DNA of 64,000 bases from Nemertoderma westbladi (lineage: Eukaryota; Animalia; Xenacoelomorpha), in NCBI GenBank assembly GCA_032718475.1, contig JAUCBJ010001376.1, positions 46,139 to 110,138 of the forward strand, written 5' to 3'. The notes under the pieces are model-generated. The model did no database searches. It was not told the DNA's origin and was given only the letters and a program-made list of their open reading frames with translations. The translations under genes were made by a program, and so were the position numbers. Shown piece by piece: positions 1-12,898 of this stretch (position 1 is its first letter; each line of letters begins with the position of its first letter).

Positions 1-3000
1 TTCTTACGACAAAGCATTATCTGTCGAAGAAGAGAGAGCCAAGCAGAATCAGGAAACGACCACACGTTATCTGAAAGATGAAGGTCGTTATGAGATTGGT
101 CTGCCGTTCCGACGGAGAGAACCCAGCTTCGTGAATAACCGAACTTTAGCGGAAAAAAGAATCGCGCAACTTCATCAGCGTTTGACGGCTAACGATGGAG
201 CCAAAGAAATGTATAAAACTCAATTGAAGAAGTTTATAGACAAGGGATACGCGGAGCGGCACCCATAACGGAAAGAATGTATTATTTGACACATCATTAC
301 GTTCCCAAGCCCGGTAAACCAAATGAAGTCCGGGTAGTGTTTGACGGCTCCGCCCTTTATATGGGACAATCCCTAAATTCTGAACTGTTGCCGGGACCCA
401 ACTTACTCCAATCTTTGTTGGGAATATTACTACGACTGCGGCAATATTCGATCGCCTCCGCTTCGGATATTGAAGGCATGTTTCTACAAGTTAAAGCGTT
501 AGCTAGGGATCGAGACAGTCTACGATTTCTGTGGTGGCCTGAAGGAGACCTCAACCGAAAACCAGTAGAGTACTGGATGACAATCCAGGCTTTCGGGATC
601 ATTTCGAGCCCTCGAACGCTTGTTCGGTAGTGCGTACCACTGCCGATGACAACAGAGACGCCTTCTCTAAAGCGGTTATCAACAACATCAAACGGGATAT
701 TTACATGGACGACAATTTAAAGTCCCTCCCATCGGTGGAAGAAGCAATCGCTGTTGCCAAGGGAATGGTCGAGTGCTTACAATGAGGTGGATTTCGCCTA
801 ACCAAATTCACTAGTAACTCCCGTTAGTTCCTGGAATCGATCCCAGTAGAAGACCGAGGTGTTAAAGATCTTGACCTCATGAAGGACGATCTTCCAGAAA
901 CCAAAACTCTTGGATTAAAATGGGACACGGAGAGAGATATCCTATTCTTTCAATTGAAGCAACGAGACAATCCAGTTACAACTAAACGGATTTGTCTAAG
1001 TATCCTGAGCACTTATTTCGATCCATTGGGATTCATTAGCCCAGTCATACTAGTTGCTCGGAGCTTAGTACAACAATTGTGGCTCGAAAACCACTCGTGG
1101 GATGATCCACTCAAGGGAGAACTGCTAAAGAAGTGGATGAAATGGGAAGATTCTTTACCATCTATCGAGAACTTTAAGATTTCCCGCTCATATTTCGGTC
1201 ACATTCTCCCCACGTATTCCTATCAACTCCATGTTTTTGGAGACACCAGCGATATGGGAATAGGTATAGTAGCCTACCTGAGGGTTGAAACTCCTGATGG
1301 AATTAAGGTTTCATTAGTCGCCTCTAAGGCCCTAATAAACAACAAACTAGGAGTTCCCCGAGTGGAGTTAAAGGCGGCTCTATACGCTACAGCTATCGGC
1401 CGGAATGTAATGGAACAGATTGACTATCCACTAGAGAAAAATGTCTATTGGACTGATGATTTACTCATTCTGGAGTATATAACTAATGAAGTCTGTCAAT
1501 TCAGCGTCTTTGTTACCAACAGAGTAGCCATTATACTCAGTCGCTCTAATATAGATCAATGGAGACATTGCCCTGGGACAATAATTCCAGCTGACATAGC
1601 TTCCAGAGGAGCAACTCCTCAAGAATTGATAGATACTCCAGACTGGTTAGGTGGACCCAACTTCCTGAGTAAAGAAGAGGAGGAATGGCCCCCTCATCTC
1701 ACCACGGCAGAGATCAGACAAGCCATGGGAGCGGAGAAAGTCAAACCAAAAACCCAGACGAGTAAATCAAAGCTGTTTAAGCCAGCGCTAGATCTGTCTG
1801 TGCTACACACCGCCGGTGACGCCACTGTAGATCTAAACTCACCCGTGGATGATACCTGAGCTATAAATAAATCCGTTATGGAAATCAGGGAAAGAGACTG
1901 GAAATCTGGAACACCAGAAGTCTCGCAAGGACTCTCTCCTCTCCTACAAAGAGCGATAGATCATTATAGCTCCTGGAATCAGCTTTGAAAGGCCATTGTG
2001 TATCTGAAAAGATGTTTCCATCATCACTATTCCAGGACGAAGATCGCTAATGATACCGCTCCAGTAGTAGCTGAAAAGGTCCATGCCACTAAAGACCTTC
2101 CCACTTATAGAGTGTCTGATAGGTTTCTGACTGAGAAGATCAGTTACCCAGAACATGATGATACCAACAAGCAGTTACTGAGACTCCTGCAATGTTACGA
2201 GGATTCCGATAAGTATTTCCTGTTGTTGAGAATTCCACAGATGCGCTTAAGGGATCATTTCTCTAGCACATTGATAGATGGGTTAATACGTGTTGGAGGG
2301 AGATTAACCAATGCTCCATTGTCCTTTGACACTAAGTTTCCCATACTCATTAGAAATCTTGAAATACAAATCAAGATGATCGTAGATGTTCACAGTAAGC
2401 TTTACCATGCTGGTAGAGAATGAGTTCTTAACGAAATTCGAACTCGCTATTATTTCCATAAGCCCCGTAGAGCTCTAAACCAAGTTCTTAGGAACTGTAT
2501 ACCCTGTAGGAAAGCATTTAGTAGGCCTTTAACACAGCGAGAGGCAGAATTACCTAGGGAACAAGTAAGCTGTTATGAACCACCCTTTACTAATACTGGT
2601 GTGGATTTATTTGGCCCTATTGAAGTATATCGTGCTAGGACTATAGTCAAGCAATGGTGCGTCATCTTTGTCTGTATGACTTGTAGAGTGATCCATCTAG
2701 ATATGGTGAACGATCTATCTACCAACAGCTTCATACTGAGCTTACACCGACAAATCGCTCGTTTTGGGACTAGCAACACAATGAGATCTGACAAAGGAAC
2801 TAATTTCATTGGCGCCAATAACGAGATCAAAGCTTACGTAAAGGATTGGAACCAAAGACAGGTGGACGATCAGCTATGAATAACAGTATCTAGCTGGACC
2901 TTCAACGCCACCGACGCCCCTTGGTGGGGAGGAAGTTGGGAGAGACTCATACGTAGCGTAAAGACCGCATTTCACTTTATAGTGCCGTGTCGCGCATATC

Positions 3001-3569
3001 TCACCGACGAACTTTTGCGGATGTTAATGGAAGAAATCACCGCCTATCTCAACGAGAGACCGCTTATGCCAGTCTCATCTAGTCCCAACGGCCTAGAAGC
3101 GCTAACACCCGCGCATTTCCTACTAAAGAAACCTGTAGCCATGCTCCTGCAATCGAAAATAACAGACGGAGACGAATACTGCCGACAAACTTGGCAACTT
3201 ATGCAGTTATTATCCCATCGTTTCGCTAACCATTTCGAAAAACATTATCTTCCTACGCTACAACTTCGAACAAAGTGGTTTGCGCAGCAAGAAAACGTCA
3301 GCGCCGGAGACATGGTCCTTATCGTGGAATCAGATCTTCCCCGTAAGAGGTGGCAGACAGGTCGTATCATCGAGACTCATATATCTGATGATGGTTTAGT
3401 GCGATCGGTAGAACTCGTCGTCATGCGACGTAACTTTAAGAAACCTGGAATTGTGTTCGAAACGCAACAAATTAATCGCCGGTTGGTCGTTTATGTTTAC
3501 TGGAAAGAGACCGAGAGTTGTCCGGTAACTATGGAAGGCAAGAGACTCTTCCCACGACCACCTCCCTAA
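1..3569 (+). pseudogene. pol: BEL/Pao pol (RT, RNase H/Peptidase_A17 region, integrase), broken by stops and frameshifts
   Basis: RVVFDGSA, GPNLL..L.GILLR, SDIEGMFLQV, YMDD at 702-713, TLGLKWD, FDPLGFISP, LHVFGD, PRVELKAA, WRHCPG...PADIASRG, integrase H..H/C..C, DLFGP, SDKGTNF, GGSWERL, LN.RPL, LTPAHFLL, W..GRI. In-frame stops e.g. at 628, 783, 1857, 2421, 2877. Confidence 0.95.
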
Positions 3570-5112
3570 TCCAACAAACATCTAGGGACTCCGCAATGTA
3601 ACAGCGTTTAGAGTGGGTGTGTGACTACATTATTTTATTTTTTATTTTTATATTTATGTATGTATTATTATGTAATTTTATTATTATTATCGTTTTCTTT
3701 AATTTTATTTAGTAGAATAATATTTTAACGATTATTCAGTATATTAGTGCAATATATTCGTGTTTTATTACTTAATTACATAATATAATATATTTCGTTT
3801 AAAGGCGAGAAATAATTCATTTTCTCTTTCCTTACTGTCCGTATCATACTATAAATACATGACTACAGTAAGATGAAATGTCAGTACTTGTTAAAGTACA
3901 ATACCGCCCCTACTATACTTAAGTATTATTGGTAAGTAGAGTATTAGGAATGCAAAGTTCAGATCCTCGTGTCTCGGCTAAACCAAGCTCTGGGTAGACC
4001 TTGGAAACGACTTGCCTCTTCTCACTGACATTGCTTCTTGCAATATTGCTCTCATACCATATCTTAAATAATACATATAGTAGAATGATGTCCATTTAAC
4101 AGTAGCATTGAAGCGCAAAAATAAATCTGTTAAACCCTTTGACCATCTGAAATTCTAGTCGATTAAGATATCACGGCACCCATCCTCTAAAATTCTAGTC
4201 GATTAAGATATCGTAGTACTTACCGATACTCTTAAAAGGCAAAATTCTGGAATTAAGGATCCTAGTCCCCAGACATGTTCTGGAATAAAATTGTGTCTAT
4301 TTTAATATCAAATAATAAAATTCACGGGAATAAATTTTAAATTCATATCCTCTCATGAATTTAATAAATTGTCATTTTATACAATTTATAAACATTCTCA
4401 AAATTCCGTTAATTAATATATCATGGGAGCGGAGATTCACCCTATTAAAGTACATCAATGTGAGAGAATCTCCAGTGTACAGTCAATAGCCGATAAAATT
4501 CAAAAATTATGTATAAGGGGAATATTGACAATTAAACAGTCACTATTAAATAGCATCCCAGATCTGTATGCATGAGAAATACCCTAATTCTACCTCTAGC
4601 TTTGCATAATGTCACCATAGTAACAACCACGCTAGAATTAGAAGTGAGTTAAAAGAACAATAGAAAGCTTGCCCCATTGAATAGCATGCGGAATAAATAG
4701 CACCTTGCTAGTATCTAGGGATACATAATAATAACGTGGTATTCTGGAAGGCATTTGACTAATGGACAAATGGCCCTAATTTGTACAAATTGCGGCAGGA
4801 ATGTGGAATTTGTGTATTTATAGGTGAATGTTGCTACTAAAGTGTGTTTACAGTAGCGAGTCGCAGTTGTGAAAGTTACTCTGCATCTGTAGCAAGTACC
4901 TCCAGTATATCCAAGCCCTTGGGACGGACTGTGGAGTGACTCACGCTGGTTATTGTTGTCATTGTATAGTTACTACGTTGGCGAGAGGCACAGCGACGAC
5001 AGTACATCAGCGCTGGGGATCTCATGCTGTCTGGGATCATAGAGGGGGAGGCAGCGACGCCCGCTAGCCTTATTATTATTAACTATAATATCGATAAACT
5101 CATATAACAGCT

Positions 5113-7642
5113 ATGACTGAGTTGATAGAAGATGATCTTGGTATCAGGGAGCGATATACCCTACCACTGCAAGCGTTTGTTGATAGTTTGATAACTGGCG
5201 ACGCTAGTCAACACACGACGGAAGACGATGACCGTTATATCGAACCGCCAATGTCAAAAGAACAGCTCAAGCGTGAATTGGACTATCGGAAATTCACCGC
5301 TCGCTATACGCATCGTAATGGTACGTATATGGACTTCTTAACTACTGGTCATCCTATCGATTTACACAATACGGACGATGTAGACACTAAAAGGGAAATG
5401 ATTCTATTTAAATATCATGCCCAGCGGAGTTGGAATGATAAACTGAGAATTGAACAAGAAAATTATATTCGAAACCGACTCGAAAGAGAGAATGTGGAAG
5501 AATGTTTTTAAAAGACAAGTGGAGGGAAATCAGCTGGAGAAAAACCATACAGTAATGTCCAGGGTCCAAAATGTGAATAGTTTTCCCCGGGGCGCGGGTG
5601 CTCGCAGGCAGTCTCCTTCGGGAGGCCTCTTACCTCATCCTCTTCCTGCAATTATTGTGATCAGTGTCACAATAAAAGAGTAAGAATGAGTAATGACGTG
5701 AAAGGAAAACATGCCCATTGTGGTATCTTATAGATACTATCCCCAAATCCTTCCTCCTTCCTACCACTACTCTCCCTCTACCCATCGCTATCTATCGAGG
5801 ATATAAGACGTTGATAGAGAAACACTCTTCCCCCCATCTTTTCTACCCAAAGCGCTTGGAGCTTTCGGGAGAATATCGACCCATCATTGCTATATCGTGA
5901 TATTGATCATACCTCCTCCTACTAAACCTCCCCATCGTTTACTATTGATCTGGATGCTTATATTGGTATCCATACCTCCTGTTTGTGTACCATCGTGTTG
6001 GTATTTATAATATCAACCTCCACCCCTCTTGTTGTTGATTGGATAATCAACTATCAATAATTTCCTCAAGTCCATGGCCATTGATACAAGGACTGAAAGG
6101 ACACAATAATAGTCTGTGAACAACTGGTACCATTATGTGTCATAAATCTGGTTGTTCACCTTCCTTAGTGCTTGGGAATAAATTCAGTTTGAGATAGCCA
6201 TCGAATGTTGAATCCTCTTACTGAGATCGTATTTCTGCCTATTTCTGAATATATATGACATAGGCCTTCCCTGGCCCTATATCATCAATGGAAGACATAT
6301 TAAGTGAATACAATAAATTCATCAGATTCGAATGCTTTAGGCGCTTTCTGACTCCATTCCACAATGTTGATAGTCAGTTCAAGGACTGCGCTTTGACTAA
6401 GCTCAGCTTAAGAGACTCAGCTGCTGAGAAGTTGGACAGCGCTGGATTCGCCATTTTTAAGGACGTTTGTATACATAACCTACATTCATCTGTCATACAA
6501 AGATCCCGAATCTCCACTGGTTATTCTATTGTGGAAGTTCAAACAGTGGGTTCACTTGAGGAAACAGCTGCGCCTATCTCAGCTGTGCAAGTGGAAGAAG
6601 AACCAATTTGCTTGGAATCCGAAGAGATTCAACCCACAGCGCCTAGGAGTAGCGACAATGATTATGTGTTAGAATGGTATCAGGGTCCACAATGTCTCAC
6701 GGCATATGATTATCAGCATGCCAATTACATTTCTAGGAAACGTTGCCGATTATGTGCATCACGAGACCACTTTACCCCGGTGGACTCCAGCGAACCCTGC
6801 TCCTAATTTAAAGATCAACCTATTATGGAGATTTATTGTGCGTATTGTAGACTCAACAATCTACACATCTTCGCCGTCTGTCCTCAATTTATGACTCAAT
6901 GTCACCATTGTCAGTTCAAAGGACATGCAAGTTTCGATTGCCCTTTCAACCGGAGAGCGTAGACGAAACAGTTACCCTGCGCTACATCATAGCTTGGGAA
7001 GCTAACGCGGATCTCCATTGCGAATCACATAACCGATACTATCCAGCGTTTCACCCATAGCTCTTTGCATCCATCGAACAAAATTCTCGCATTCCTAGTT
7101 ACGAACTGATGAAGCATGTTGGCGAGAATATTTCAACTAAATATGTTCGCAAGTATCTTAGGAATATTAATCCCAATAACCTGAATTCCTATAACTTGAT
7201 CAACTTCATCCGTCAAGATCAGGAATACGGCGACTTGTTCATAAACTCGCATCCTGAATTACAAGAAATTCATAGACAACCATATGAATATAAAGCCAGA
7301 GAACGCAAATTAGAGAGAACAATCAAACCGCGGAAATTTCTCACTACACACGGTCAACCTAAAGCTGTCGTACAAACGACCCATCAAGGACCGGTAAGAG
7401 CTGCCGTCCTGAAACGAGCTCTAAAGGTTGTTCACCCTCGTTCCACCGATGTTGATATCGATCAACCAGGTACCTCGACCGGCGGATACACCGACCGTAA
7501 TCCAAAACCTTCTGATGCAATTGTATTGCACCCTTCCCCCAGGAGTTATAGCCCTCCTAGTAAAGTGGCTCGTCCCAAAGAGAAAAAGACTCTTACTAGT
7601 CTCAAAAAACTTCGTAAACGCCGTTCACGAAAGAAGGACTGA
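5113..7642 (+). pseudogene. Accessory (env-position) ORF of element A, with zinc-knuckle cluster; homologous to the accessory ORF of element B
   Basis: ORF pieces 5113-5511, 6288-6806 and 7109-7642. Reading through TAA at 6804 gives EPCS*FKDQPIMEIYCAYCRLNNLHIFAVCPQFMTQCHHCQFKGHASFDC. A frameshift near 6955 leads to IIAWEANADLH and, after one more stop, into the 7109 ORF, which has a basic C-terminal tail (KKLRKRRSRKKD). Confidence 0.75.
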
Positions 7643-9683
7643 TAGTTTAGAGTATTTTTGTATTTTAGAAACTGTGATTTTTTATATATTATAGACTTAA
7701 ATCCCATTTTCTGGGAGCGGTGTAAAAGCTTTTGCAGACATAACAAGTCATTTTTACGCAATGCGCAGAATACTCTAAAATAGCCCTAAAATTGTTCAAC
7801 TACGCGTCAGAAAGAAATTAGAACCAAGATGACGTAATCTGTCAGCTGATTCTTTGTGTACGTGGAGATCTCTTTGTTCCAGCTTATTTCAGCCAATCAG
7901 AGCAATCTTCCCAGTTATGCCAGTAGAGACCTACCTGAGGAAACTGACGCATGCGCAGTTATCGTTTTTCTGAGAATTAGATTCTTCTCAGAATTCTGTA
8001 CCAAGTACGGTCGTTTCAGACTTTAGCCCAAGAACATCTGATGAATGGAGTTATATGGACGTAAATCTATTAACTGAATCACCATTTCAATTCATACAAA
8101 CATAACATAACTACTCAATACGACGCATTGCACCAAACTGAACTTCATGAACACATACTGACTGATCACCGCACTGTTTTACTGCTGTTTTATATTGTGT
8201 TAATTGTTGTTTATATTAATGGATGTTATATTTAGAGAATACCGATAAATAATTGTAAACCCCTCAATCTTCTTGATTACTGAGGTAAGCGGAGAAAGAG
8301 TTTACCGGTAGCAACTGCGACTTAAATTATAGTGGTTTTTATGTGAATTAAATGCTATTTCATAATCCCTACGTGTATCAGTTGCAATCCTCCTTGCCTT
8401 ATATATGATCAAAATCAGTGATGGTCGGCAAATTAGTGTGAATCAGTGTAAATTAGTGTGAAGTCGTGTGAAGGTTAATAAAGCATCTCCTAAAGAATGC
8501 GCTATTTACGAAACTCTGTGGCCATCTAGTTGTGATTAGTATAAGTCATAACTCTGTTTTTATACTTAAAGCACCACTTCCTAAAGGAACTGTTAATATT
8601 TCCCCGAAAGTAAATATAGTTGTCAGAGATTATATAGTAGCGATCAATCGAATAATACAAAGTAGCTTACACCGCAATACTTCCTCCGGAACCCGTATCC
8701 AGTCTCCCACACCGTGGGTCATACGCCGCGCCCGGTCTGGCTTCGGCAGATGTAAATTCAGTAAACCAGGTAATTGGTACGGGCAAAGTCGATTCATAAA
8801 CAAAAGGACAATTAAAATTGGCAGGTTAAACTACTAAAGGTCTGAAAGCGCGAACAAACGTTGGGGTTATGAAATAGCATAAATATCATACAGACCACTG
8901 TAATTTGAGCCAAGCAATTGTTACTAATGTTCCCTTCTGCTTACCTCTTAATAATAAAGAAAGTTATTTGGGATTATCGATTATTCGTACGTATTCTCCA
9001 AATATAAACATCCATTAAATATGTTACCAAATAACAATGAATAACATTATAAGACAGTATCAAATATGCGGTCTCGGCAGTTAATCAGCAATCAGATGTT
9101 TGCTGGTACAACAGTCCGAGTTTTTAGATGTCAGGATATGCATGCAGTGCAGTGCAGAGAGTGGAGAGATAATTTACTTTGAGCTCTATAACTCTAGCCA
9201 CTGATGGTCTAGGGCAGAAGTCAGAATGAATGATTCTGTCGCATTGCGGCATATTCATATGTAAACAACAGGAGAGTATGGAGAGTGAGAGCAAAGGGGG
9301 TTGAGTATTGGGGAAGTATAGGAGGAGAGGTACGAAAGTTAGGGGGGAAAAGTGAAGTGTGCGAGATCCAAGTGAGGGGGCAAGCAGTAAGGATGAGTCC
9401 TATGGGACTAGTGTAAGAGGACATTGGAAGATAGAGTCCAGGATAAAGTTGCATGAGGAGAGGGGTTGATCATCTAAACAGAGACGCCAGATGCCTTGGT
9501 ACAGCTTAGCTCGCAGATGTACCAAGGATGGGTAGTGAAAACAGACCCATGGGGGCCGGCCAGGAAAGCTTACCCCGATAAGAAAATTCCACCCCACATC
9601 CAATATTAGATTGGATTCCAGCGGAATTGAAGCGCACTTAAGGTTGATGCTATCTTCTCACCGGGAAGATTGCCTGGGGGGAG

Positions 9684-10291
9684 TGTAAGCGGATGCAATT
9701 CCCTGCACTACCCACCGAAAATGGGCTTAGTGGCATTTTACCGATTATAGTTGGGAAGGTGACATTACCAATAATAATGTCACCTCATAACCAACTTAGG
9801 CGATACGCATCGCCAGCCACAAAGAGGTGGGGCTAGCAAGGCTAGCATGTGGGGATAGTGGCAACAGGGAGTGGCGAGGTGACAATTAATCATCCCAATG
9901 ATGGGTGGGGAAAACAGATTGGAAGTGATTAGAGCGCATCTATTGGACAGGCCACTCCGTAGTGTATCAGTGATTAATATGTGTTAATAATATAACCGTT
10001 GCACTTATTGATTCCGATTCAGTTGGTTTCTATACAGTTGTGAAACCGGAACGGTTTTTAACCGTTGTCGTCGTCGTCGTCATTACCATGCTATTATATT
10101 CTGACTGTGCTATTATTATGTTCTGTGATTACAATAACTGACAGTAAAAACTCAGTTATTTCAACGGCCTTCGGCCTATTATATATATCCAGACTACAGC
10201 TTTAGCAGCCTATGGACGCGGCGACGCATATAACACACAGACACCGGTCGGGATCCTTATTGCCAACTCCAAGATCCCGTCACATAATACA
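9684..10291 (+). repeat. Putative 3' LTR of element A
   Basis: Starts TGTAAG right after a G-rich PPT; TATA-like TATATAA near 9988, AGTAAA near 10143, CGGGATC/GATCCCG hairpin and terminal ACA. No partner LTR in the window, so the right end is uncertain (10235 is an alternative). Confidence 0.6.
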
Positions 10292-11423
10292 TTCTGGTAT
10301 ACGGAAATTTAAGTTATTTCCATGCCATTGATTACTTTGCAGCATTACGAGTAATTCACCAGAACGCTGTTAAGTTGATATAATGTAACTAAATTAAATT
10401 AATTTCGCAATTTTTCTAATTTGTTGTTTATTTTACATCGACGGCGAGATCAGAAACAACAGCATTTTACCTTATTGGTTAGATTAATTTAGTTTTGGAT
10501 TTATTTTAAGATTTATGATATTTTTAGCTAAATAGCTGATCAAGCGTACGATAACAGACCTAAAGAAACTATAGACCCCCCCCCCCCCCCCCCGCATATA
10601 AATGTTATACATAGTAGGCCTTCACTCTATAACATTGCAGCATTTTTTCGGATATTCTTCTAATAAAGTTTCATATCTGCCTAACTAATAATTTTCGCTG
10701 ACTTTCCACAGATGATGCTGGCGATAAATGACGGGTGATAATTCATTGTTGATAGAATCAAACTTATGTTGTGATATGGCGGTTTCACCATTTTATGTCA
10801 AACAAACTTGGTTTCTGTTTGTCCATCAATGTGCGGACTTCATCATTCTATCTCTTGACTTTTGAATCATTGTCTGTTATTCGTTACATTATGTCGCATT
10901 ATTAAATAGACTATGTTATGGGTACCCACTTTTTGACCAAATTTATTCATATGAAAATGGCTTTTATCATAAGTTTTTTGTTCTAGACTAATATTTAACC
11001 TTCTGCCAGTTAGATGGTAGCTAGTAATTTTGATTTGTGTTAGCTAGTATTTTTATGGGTTCAGTTCCGCCCCCGGCTACATTTTTGGATTTTTAACTGT
11101 ACTTTTATACTAGCTAGTGTTTTCACTTTTTGTAGTTTTAAATGTTCTAGAACATGTCAGTTATTGATTAAAATAAAAATTTATGTTCTAGAACAAATAT
11201 TTTTTGTTTAAATCTTTATACAATCTAGATTTTGAAACAAATTGTTGTCTTTTGTTTTTTTTTTTTTTTTTTTTAACTACTTGTTGTTTTAAAAGTTCTA
11301 GAACATGTAAGTTACCGGTATTGATTAAAATATAATGTTTTTCTATGATAGCTAGTATTTTTAATCTAGCTAGCTATATCTTTACTTTACTTATTAGCTA
11401 GCTATATCTTTAGCTATACTGGT

Positions 11424-11761
11424 TGTTGCCATTATTCCCGACACCAAGGGGGAAAACGCCGATGCTGGAGGCGGAATTTTCAGACCTCTTTATCCCGGCC
11501 AGTCACCGGATATTGTGAGTGGAGAAGGATGTTATCTGAGATGCAAGATTGCGGGTAGAGAAAAAGTTTCATTGGTTGGATATAATCTTTAATGTAACTT
11601 GAACTCTGATTGAATCCTGATTGAGAATACTTTGGGCTTCCCCAAACCAATATACCAAAATAATATTCACAATAATACACAAATATAAATTCCTACAGTA
11701 AATTATTTAATTACCCACTGTTCGCTTAACTTTCAGATTTTGACCTAACTAATGTTCACCA
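11424..11761 (-). repeat. Putative 3' LTR of element B (338 bp)
   Basis: On the - strand: PPT-like GCGGGAAAA, then TGGTG...CAACA (imperfect TGTTG/CAACA termini) with internal ATTAAA. No second copy in the window. Confidence 0.6.
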
Positions 11762-11817
11762 TTTTCCCGCGGTCCTAGTCCCGGTACCGTAGAGTCAGAG
11801 TTGGTCGATCCTTTGCT

Positions 11818-12160
11818 TGTCCGTCCCACCCTTCCCGAACCCTAAAGGGATCGGTCATCAGGAAAGCGGTATGGCTTAGCTAGGGGTCTGTCGGTTCATC
11901 GCAGGGTCCCAACCACCTAAGCTTTCCGAATCCTTTTCAGGCTCGTAATCGCGTCGGTAGCCGAGAATCTGCTCCGAATAGTCGGTAGGCCAGTAGAGTC
12001 CGGTCCTCTGTCTTTCGACTCTGTCGCATGTCCGTCCCACCCTTCCCGAACCCTAAAGGGATCGGTCATCAGGAAAGCGGTACGGCTTAGCTAGGGGTCT
12101 GTCGGCCCGTTGTGAGTCCCAACTGTCGGAGCTTTCCGAGTCCTTTTCAGGCTCGTACTA
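11818..12160 (-). repeat. Direct repeat with ~212-bp period in the 3' UTR of element B
   Basis: GTCCGTCCCACCCTTCCCGAACCCTAAAGGGATCGGTCATCAGGAAAGCGGTA(T/C)GGCTTAGCTAGGGGTCTGTCGG at ~11819 and ~12030, each followed by GCTTTCCGA(A/G)TCCTTTTCAGGCTCGTA. Confidence 0.9.
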
Positions 12161-12898
12161 ACACCAGTCATGGAACCCACGCCAGGAAGTCAGTCCTCGT
12201 CGAACCCTTCCTTTCCGTCCGGTCAGTCGATCCTTCGCAAGTCCACAATGCGAAGACTCCGCCCGAGTCCCTTTCAGGCTCAGTCATAGCCAACGCACCG
12301 GAAACCGCTTAGGATCTGTCAGTTCCCATCGCAAATCCCTGGCGCAACCAGCAACGCCCTAGTCCCTTTCAGGCTCAGTCGCCACTGATGGCCAGGGACA
12401 GCTAAGGGCAGTCCTTGTCCCCAGGCCTAGCGGGTTTCCAACTACCGAAATAGAAGGAGGTTGTCTAGGCCTCAGTAACTATCAGGCAACCCTTACAGCT
12501 GAGAGTATTGCTTGATTTTGCCTCCCACCCCTGGCCCTTAAATATCTGATATGATTCCTGCGCCCCGTAAGTCGTCCCAAGATTCGCCCATAACTCGCCC
12601 CCAGTCTATCGAATGTACCCAAATTTTGTGTTCCCGCACCCACCACTGATATTGGCACATTCATAAAAAATAAATCCAAAAAATATGTAACTCGCGTTAT
12701 GATAAATTGAAATACCGCAAAATCCCCCCAAATGACCTTTGTGAGGTCTATCGGTAGATCGAGTTTGCGTAAGGTCATTTCCCCATATAAAAACCCAATT
12801 TTTATTATTGCATAGTCTTGATTAATTTGTCCTAGAGTCAGTTTACATACATATAAAAATAAATGTTCAAATAAATGTCTATAAAATGTCCTGGTCTT

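Larger units (their letters stand above)
1..10291 (+). mobile_element. BEL/Pao LTR retrotransposon A (5' part lies outside the window; decayed), with pol, a ~6 kb 3' region carrying an accessory ORF, and a putative 3' LTR
   Basis: BEL-type pol at 1-3569; polypurine tract GGGGGGAG (9676-9683) directly followed by TGTAAG at 9684. The right end is inferred from ...AATACA at 10291. Inclusion of 3600-9680 in the element is inferred from the parallel layout of element B. Confidence 0.7.

Noticed and set aside
11820-11875. Hammerhead ribozyme (CUGAUGA-stem-GAA on the - strand, duplicated at ~12035-12085)
   Set aside because: Stem II is present, but the core reads GAAG rather than GAAA, and I could not build stems I and III with an NUH cleavage site.
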